From NCBI GenBank assembly GCA_041178085.1, contig JBEGVZ010000114.1:265-64264 (forward strand): DNA of 64,000 nucleotides. The letters run 5' to 3'. The DNA comes from Pseudomonadota bacterium (lineage in GTDB: Bacteria; Bdellovibrionota_B; Oligoflexia; Oligoflexales; RGVZ01). Shown one piece after another: positions 59,563 to 64,000 of this stretch. Made by a program: the position numbers and the translations under genes. Position 1 is the stretch's first letter; the number at the start of each line of letters is the position of its first letter. The notes below the pieces were generated by a model. That model saw only the letters and a list, made by a program, of their open reading frames with translations. It made no database searches and had not been told where the DNA came from.

Positions 59563-60810
59563 CTAAGAAAACCGTGCGATAACGCCCAGACTCTCCTCAT
59601 CCCCGCGCGGGGCATGATACCAGGACCCTGGGTCGCTCGTGCGGCTGGGACTGTCGTCTCCAAAGTTTGAAGCAATCGAAGAGCCAATCTCCTCGGCGAG
59701 CGCCCGGTAAGTCGAAAGCTTCCCGCCGTACAGGGTATAAATTGCGCCCCTGCCTGATTGAATCCGACCGATGATGTGGGAACGAGAGGTCGAAGATATT
59801 GAATGACCTTTTTCTGCTGCCAGCCAGCGCAATCCGGCAAAAGATGCCTCGATATCGTTTTCCTGCAAAGGACGCAGAAGATATCGGTTACAGCGTGACA
59901 ACAAGTAAGCCACTTCCTCGGCAGTCACGCGCATCTCGTCCATGTCACCGGAGAAGGCAACCTCGGTCGTACCGACAAGGGTCTTGCCGAGCCAAGGCAA
60001 AACAAAAAAGATCCGGTTGTCTTCTGGTGATTGCAAGAACAGCCCGGCCTTGAGCCCAATGTCGGGAAACACAAGATGAGATCCCTTATTGTTGATCGCC
60101 TGGTGAGTCGGCGTGATCCCACTGGACTCAAGGATTCCGTTTGCCCAGGGACCCAGCGCGTTGACAATGTATAGACAGGACACCGATGCGACCGATCCGT
60201 CCGGTCTGCGGACATCAACATTCCAGCCATCCTCTGCGCGGGCGATCCGGACGGCCTGGTGCCCTTCGGATACACCGGCTCCCATGCGCACTGCCGACCA
60301 GGCAGCGCGACGCACCAGGGCCAGATCATCCGTCTGGCAATCCCAGAAGCTGAAGTAGCTGGAAAATTTTCCTGGATCAATGGCCGGAGCAAGGTCCAGA
60401 GCCTCGGACTCATTGAGACGCCGGTGCCGGCCTACGTTGCTGCGACCAGCAAGCAAGTCATAAAGGGCCAGACCAGTCTTGATCTTGAGACGAGAGACAC
60501 CGCCCGACTTGAGCACCGGAAAAACAAACTGCAGCGGGTGAACAAGGTCACCGGCCACCGTCATCAACACACGCCTTTCGCGCAAAGCCTCGGCGACCAG
60601 TGGGAAGTCGTGAATGCGCTGCAAATAGCGCAAACCACCATGAATCAGTTTCGTTGAGCGCGAACTGGTTCCATGGCCAAGGTGGTTTTTCTCGAGCAAA
60701 TGGACATCCTGCCAGCCGCGCGAGGCCAGATCATGCAGGACGCCAGCTCCATGAATCCCGCCACCAAGGATGAGAACACGGACACGCTGGGGCAAAGGCT
60801 GCTGAAACAT
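59563..60810 (-). CDS. glpD: FAD-dependent glycerol-3-phosphate dehydrogenase-like oxidoreductase (short)
   Basis: VLILGGGIHGAGVLHDLASRG and GTSSRSTKLIHGGLRYL motifs. About 415 aa, so it lacks the usual GlpD C-terminal domain. Start moved to MFQQPLP. Confidence 0.8.
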   Translation of the reverse strand: MFQQPLPQRVRVLILGGGIHGAGVLHDLASRGWQDVHLLEKNHLGHGTSSRSTKLIHGGLRYLQRIHDFPLVAEALRERRVLMTVAGDLVHPLQFVFPVLKSGGVSRLKIKTGLALYDLLAGRSNVGRHRRLNESEALDLAPAIDPGKFSSYFSFWDCQTDDLALVRRAAWSAVRMGAGVSEGHQAVRIARAEDGWNVDVRRPDGSVASVSCLYIVNALGPWANGILESSGITPTHQAINNKGSHLVFPDIGLKAGLFLQSPEDNRIFFVLPWLGKTLVGTTEVAFSGDMDEMRVTAEEVAYLLSRCNRYLLRPLQENDIEASFAGLRWLAAEKGHSISSTSRSHIIGRIQSGRGAIYTLYGGKLSTYRALAEEIGSSIASNFGDDSPSRTSDPGSWYHAPRGDEESLGVIARFS

Positions 60811-60930
60811 GAAGCACTCCGGAATGGACTCTTGGGGCCTGACGCCACACTTGTGGACGATCAAGCCGGCCCTGCGTATGATTATAGCTCCTGTGCAGGC
60901 TAGATTGCAGCGGAGGCTTGAGACTTTTCC

Positions 60931-61284
60931 ATGGAACGCCCAGATCGTTTTTTTTCACACGCAGCGATCGAAGTCCGTAAGGTCCGTTGGCTGCCAATTT
61001 TTTGTCAGAGTGGCATCCTGCTCGATATCAGCCCCGGCGGGTTCAAGATCGAGGTCATGGGTGATACCCGGCACAAACCTGGCGACCGGTTTTGGATTCA
61101 CATCCCACTGATCGCTTTTGGAATCCAGGATCTGGATCATCTGGACTTGCTGTCTGAGGCCAAGTGGGTTGACCAGGAGAAATGTCGCCTGGGAGGCATA
61201 TTCGTGGACATCGACGTTCAGTCCAGGGAAACGATTGAGAGAATCGTTGCCAGGCTGGCGGCCAAATCAAATTCAAAGGTCTGA
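60931..61284 (+). CDS. PilZ-domain protein (non-canonical N-terminal motif)
   Basis: DISPGGFKI matches DxSxxG. The upstream Arg motif reads RPDR (RxxR) rather than RxxxR. Confidence 0.7.
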   Translation: MERPDRFFSHAAIEVRKVRWLPIFCQSGILLDISPGGFKIEVMGDTRHKPGDRFWIHIPLIAFGIQDLDHLDLLSEAKWVDQEKCRLGGIFVDIDVQSRETIERIVARLAAKSNSKV

Positions 61285-61297
61285 AGGACACCACCCA

Positions 61298-62620
61298 ATG
61301 GCTTTCAAATACAGCACGACCCCCTTGAGCGGTAACCGTTCGCCAGTCCTGCTCGAGGGCGTACGATCTCCGTTTGTCAAATCCTTCGGCGCGTTTGGCA
61401 GTTGCGATGCGCTGGAGCTGTTCAGCAGGACAGTGGACGGACTTGTGCGCAAGGCCGGCATACCGGTGGACACCTATGAAGAAATCCTCTGCGGTGTGGT
61501 CACGCCCCAGACCAAAAATACCAACGTCGCGCGCGACACGATATTGAACCTCGGCCTGCCGCATCACATCCACGGCTATTCCCTGAACCGGATGTGTACG
61601 AGCAGCCTCGAGACCATTGGTGACGCGGTCAAGAGTGTCATGGCAGGCACTTCACGCATGATCATCGCAGGGGGAGTGGACGTCCTCAGTGATGTGCCGA
61701 TCACATACACCCGCGAGGCGCGGGAGAACCTTCTCCGCTTCAACAAGGCCAAGTCCCTCGGAGAGCGCGCCGCGGCCATCGGTGGTTTCATACCAAAGGC
61801 CCTTGCACCGAAACCACCAGGAATTACTGAGCCACTCACCGGCATGAGCATGGGCGAACACGCTGAGGTCATGGCCAAGCTCAACGGCATTACACGAAAG
61901 GCGCAGGATGAATTTGCGCTGCAATCCCACCGGCGCGCGGCGGCAGCCACAGAGTCGGGTAAATTCAAGGATGAGATTCATCCAGTCTGGCCATCGCCCC
62001 AGTTCCTGAAATGCGTCGACCAAGACAACATCATCCGGCCTGACACCTCGCTGGAATCCTTGGCCCAGATAAAACCAGCTTTTGACCGAAAGTACGGCAC
62101 GATCACCGCCGGCAACGCCTCGGTGCTGACAGACGGTGCTGCTGCGGTTGTCATCGCGGACGAACAACGCGCGAAGGAACTCGGGCTGAGGCCAAAGGCC
62201 AAGATCCGGGACCTTGTGTTTGTGGGCGTAAACCCCTACGAGCAGCTTCTCATCGGGCCGGCACTGGCAATCCCAATGCTGCTTCTTCGCAACAAGCTGG
62301 CGATTGCGGATATCGACCTTTTTGAAATCCACGAGGCCTTTGCGGCTCAAGTGTTGAGTTGCCTCCAGTCCATGGAATCGGCCGATTTCTGCGGACAGCA
62401 CCTGGGTCTGACCAAGGCTTTTGGCTCGATCCCCGAGGACCGCGTAAACGTCAACGGCGGGGCCATTGCCATCGGCCATCCATTCGGTGCCACGGGTGCA
62501 CGACTGGCGCTGACGATCACGAATGAGCTGGAGCGACGCAACGGAAAATTCGGGGTGATTGCAATTTGCGCCGCGGGCGGCATGGCGGGCGCCATGCTTG
62601 TTGAACGTTACAATTCCTGA
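61298..62620 (+). CDS. fadI: 3-ketoacyl-CoA thiolase (FadI-like)
   Basis: Start moved to [30 protein letters not shown] (active Cys), [19 protein letters not shown] and [10 protein letters not shown]. Colinear with E. coli FadI, including its insertions. Confidence 0.9.
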   Translation: MAFKYSTTPLSGNRSPVLLEGVRSPFVKSFGAFGSCDALELFSRTVDGLVRKAGIPVDTYEEILCGVVTPQTKNTNVARDTILNLGLPHHIHGYSLNRMCTSSLETIGDAVKSVMAGTSRMIIAGGVDVLSDVPITYTREARENLLRFNKAKSLGERAAAIGGFIPKALAPKPPGITEPLTGMSMGEHAEVMAKLNGITRKAQDEFALQSHRRAAAATESGKFKDEIHPVWPSPQFLKCVDQDNIIRPDTSLESLAQIKPAFDRKYGTITAGNASVLTDGAAAVVIADEQRAKELGLRPKAKIRDLVFVGVNPYEQLLIGPALAIPMLLLRNKLAIADIDLFEIHEAFAAQVLSCLQSMESADFCGQHLGLTKAFGSIPEDRVNVNGGAIAIGHPFGATGARLALTITNELERRNGKFGVIAICAAGGMAGAMLVERYNS

Positions 62621-62649
62621 GCAAAACCTGAACCACAGGCGAGATAACC

Positions 62650-64000
62650 ATGAGCGCGTTTTTCAAGTACGAGACTGGCAGCGACGGCGTTGCATTGTTG
62701 ACCTTTGACCGCACCGACAAGGACATGAATATCCTTTCGGAAGGGGTGTTGCGCGAACTCGACACCCACCTCGACCGTTTCGCAGCCGATGCCAAGGCAA
62801 AGGGCATGGTTCTTACCAGCGGCAAACCGGACCAGTTTATTGTCGGGGCGGATATCACCGAGATCCAGAAACTGAGAACAGTGGATGAGGCCGCCAACGG
62901 CGCCGCACAGATGCAAGCACTGTTCAGCAAGGTTGCCGGACTGCCAAAGCCAGTTGTCGTCGCAATCAACGGAACATGTCTGGGTGGCGGACTTGAGCTC
63001 TCACTTGCTTGCGATTGGCGCGTTGCGGACTCCAATCCAAAGACGAAACTTGGCTTGCCAGAGATCCAGCTTGGCTTGATCCCGGGAGCTGGCGGAACCC
63101 AGAGGCTGCCAAGGTTGATTGGTATCCCAGCCGGTCTGGACATGATCCTGACCGGGAAAAGAGTCGATGGCGGGCGCGCCTGGAAGATGGGGCTGGTCGA
63201 CGCATGCCCGCCCCCGGCAATGCTGCTCGATGTGGCGCGACAGTTCGCCCTGAAGGGCAAGCGCCCCTCTGGCTGGCGCGCAAACCAGCTGCCACTGAGC
63301 CAAAAGCTCACTTCCTTTGCCCTTGAAGCCAACCCGATGGGGCGGCGCTTCATTGCCAAGAAGGCCCGCGAAGGAGTGATGAAACAAACCAAGGGTTTCT
63401 ACCCGGCTGCCTTCAAAGCGCTCGATTCTGTGATTGACGGCTATGAAATGCCGATCGCAAAGGGCCTGGCCCTGGAAGCCCGGCTTTTTGGCCAGCTGGT
63501 GCCGACGAGGGAATCGAAAAGCCTGATTCACCTTTTCCACGCCACGACTGCGATCAAGAAGCACAGCTACCGTGATGCCGGAAAAGAGCGCTTCGCCAAC
63601 CGGGAGATTAGCTCAATTGGAATGGTGGGCGCCGGGTTCATGGGTGCCGGTATCGCTACGGTTTGCGCGGAGAAAGGCATCCGCGTTCTCTTCTCGGACC
63701 CAAGCAAGGAATCGCTCGGCAAGGCACTGGCGCACTCGGCAGGATATTTCCGCAAGAAAGTATCCCGCAAGCGCATGAAGCGTTTTGAAATGGACCAGAA
63801 GATGGCTCACATTTCCCCAGGCCTTTCGCCGGCTGGGTTCAACAAATGTGACGTGGTCATCGAGGCCGTTTTTGAGGACGCCAACCTGAAGCGAAAGATC
63901 CTGGCTCAGCTTGAGCAACAAAACCCCGGCGACGACTGGGTTTTTGCCAGCAACACCTCCGCCATACCGATCCATGAGATCGCATCCGGATCAAGCCGCC
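62650..64000 (+). CDS. fadJ: Fatty-acid oxidation complex alpha subunit (enoyl-CoA hydratase / 3-hydroxyacyl-CoA dehydrogenase), 3' partial
   Basis: Not in the ORF track because it is open at the window edge. Hand translation: MSAFFKYETGSDGVALLTFDR...; crotonase GGGLELSLAC; later GMVGAGFMGAGIATVCAEKG NAD motif. Confidence 0.9.
   Translation, partial: MSAFFKYETGSDGVALLTFDRTDKDMNILSEGVLRELDTHLDRFAADAKAKGMVLTSGKPDQFIVGADITEIQKLRTVDEAANGAAQMQALFSKVAGLPKPVVVAINGTCLGGGLELSLACDWRVADSNPKTKLGLPEIQLGLIPGAGGTQRLPRLIGIPAGLDMILTGKRVDGGRAWKMGLVDACPPPAMLLDVARQFALKGKRPSGWRANQLPLSQKLTSFALEANPMGRRFIAKKAREGVMKQTKGFYPAAFKALDSVIDGYEMPIAKGLALEARLFGQLVPTRESKSLIHLFHATTAIKKHSYRDAGKERFANREISSIGMVGAGFMGAGIATVCAEKGIRVLFSDPSKESLGKALAHSAGYFRKKVSRKRMKRFEMDQKMAHISPGLSPAGFNKCDVVIEAVFEDANLKRKILAQLEQQNPGDDWVFASNTSAIPIHEIASGSSR

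Noticed and set aside
62517-63564. 291-aa and 187-aa minus-strand ORFs near the right edge
   Set aside because: They are antisense shadows of an open-ended plus-strand fadJ (start 62650). The track omits fadJ because it has no stop inside the window. The plus frame gives clear crotonase and NAD-binding motifs.

Overview
Gene-dense chromosomal window from a moderately GC-rich diderm bacterium. I call about 57 CDS, one possible frameshifted gene and one tRNA-Pro(CGG). I saw no rRNA, CRISPR array, transposase, integrase or phage genes.

Most of the content is housekeeping:
- Peptidoglycan recycling and envelope: ldcA, mpl, pal.
- RNA metabolism: rny, ymdB, trmFO, queE.
- Lysine pathway: dapA, dapB.
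- Glycolysis: pgk, tpiA.
- Lipid metabolism: psd, glpD, fadI, fadJ (the last runs off the 3' edge).
- Translation: alaS, valS, ileS.
- Others: gshB, mgtE, an FKBP isomerase.

Between these lie many secreted or envelope proteins: papain-like, trypsin-like and matrixin-like proteases, a GH13 amylase, beta-barrel-like proteins and Cys-rich lipoproteins. RNase Y, YmdB and TrmFO together with Pal, TolC and a large protease set suggest a Bdellovibrionota/Oligoflexia-like or related delta-type lineage. That placement is inference only.

I found no clear defence or mobile system. The most unusual loci are:
1. An RND + TolC-like efflux operon with no membrane-fusion adaptor gene, carrying instead two paralogous small periplasmic proteins predicted to mature with an N-terminal His.
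2. A pyruvate-kinase-fold protein with its catalytic motifs systematically substituted, translationally coupled to a CYTH enzyme.
3. An argininosuccinate-lyase-fold protein lacking the family signatures, with a lipobox tail, directly upstream of dapAB.
4. A papain-like protease coupled to a small Cys-rich secreted protein.

All family assignments come from motif reading by eye and from reference sequences recalled from memory. No database search was run.
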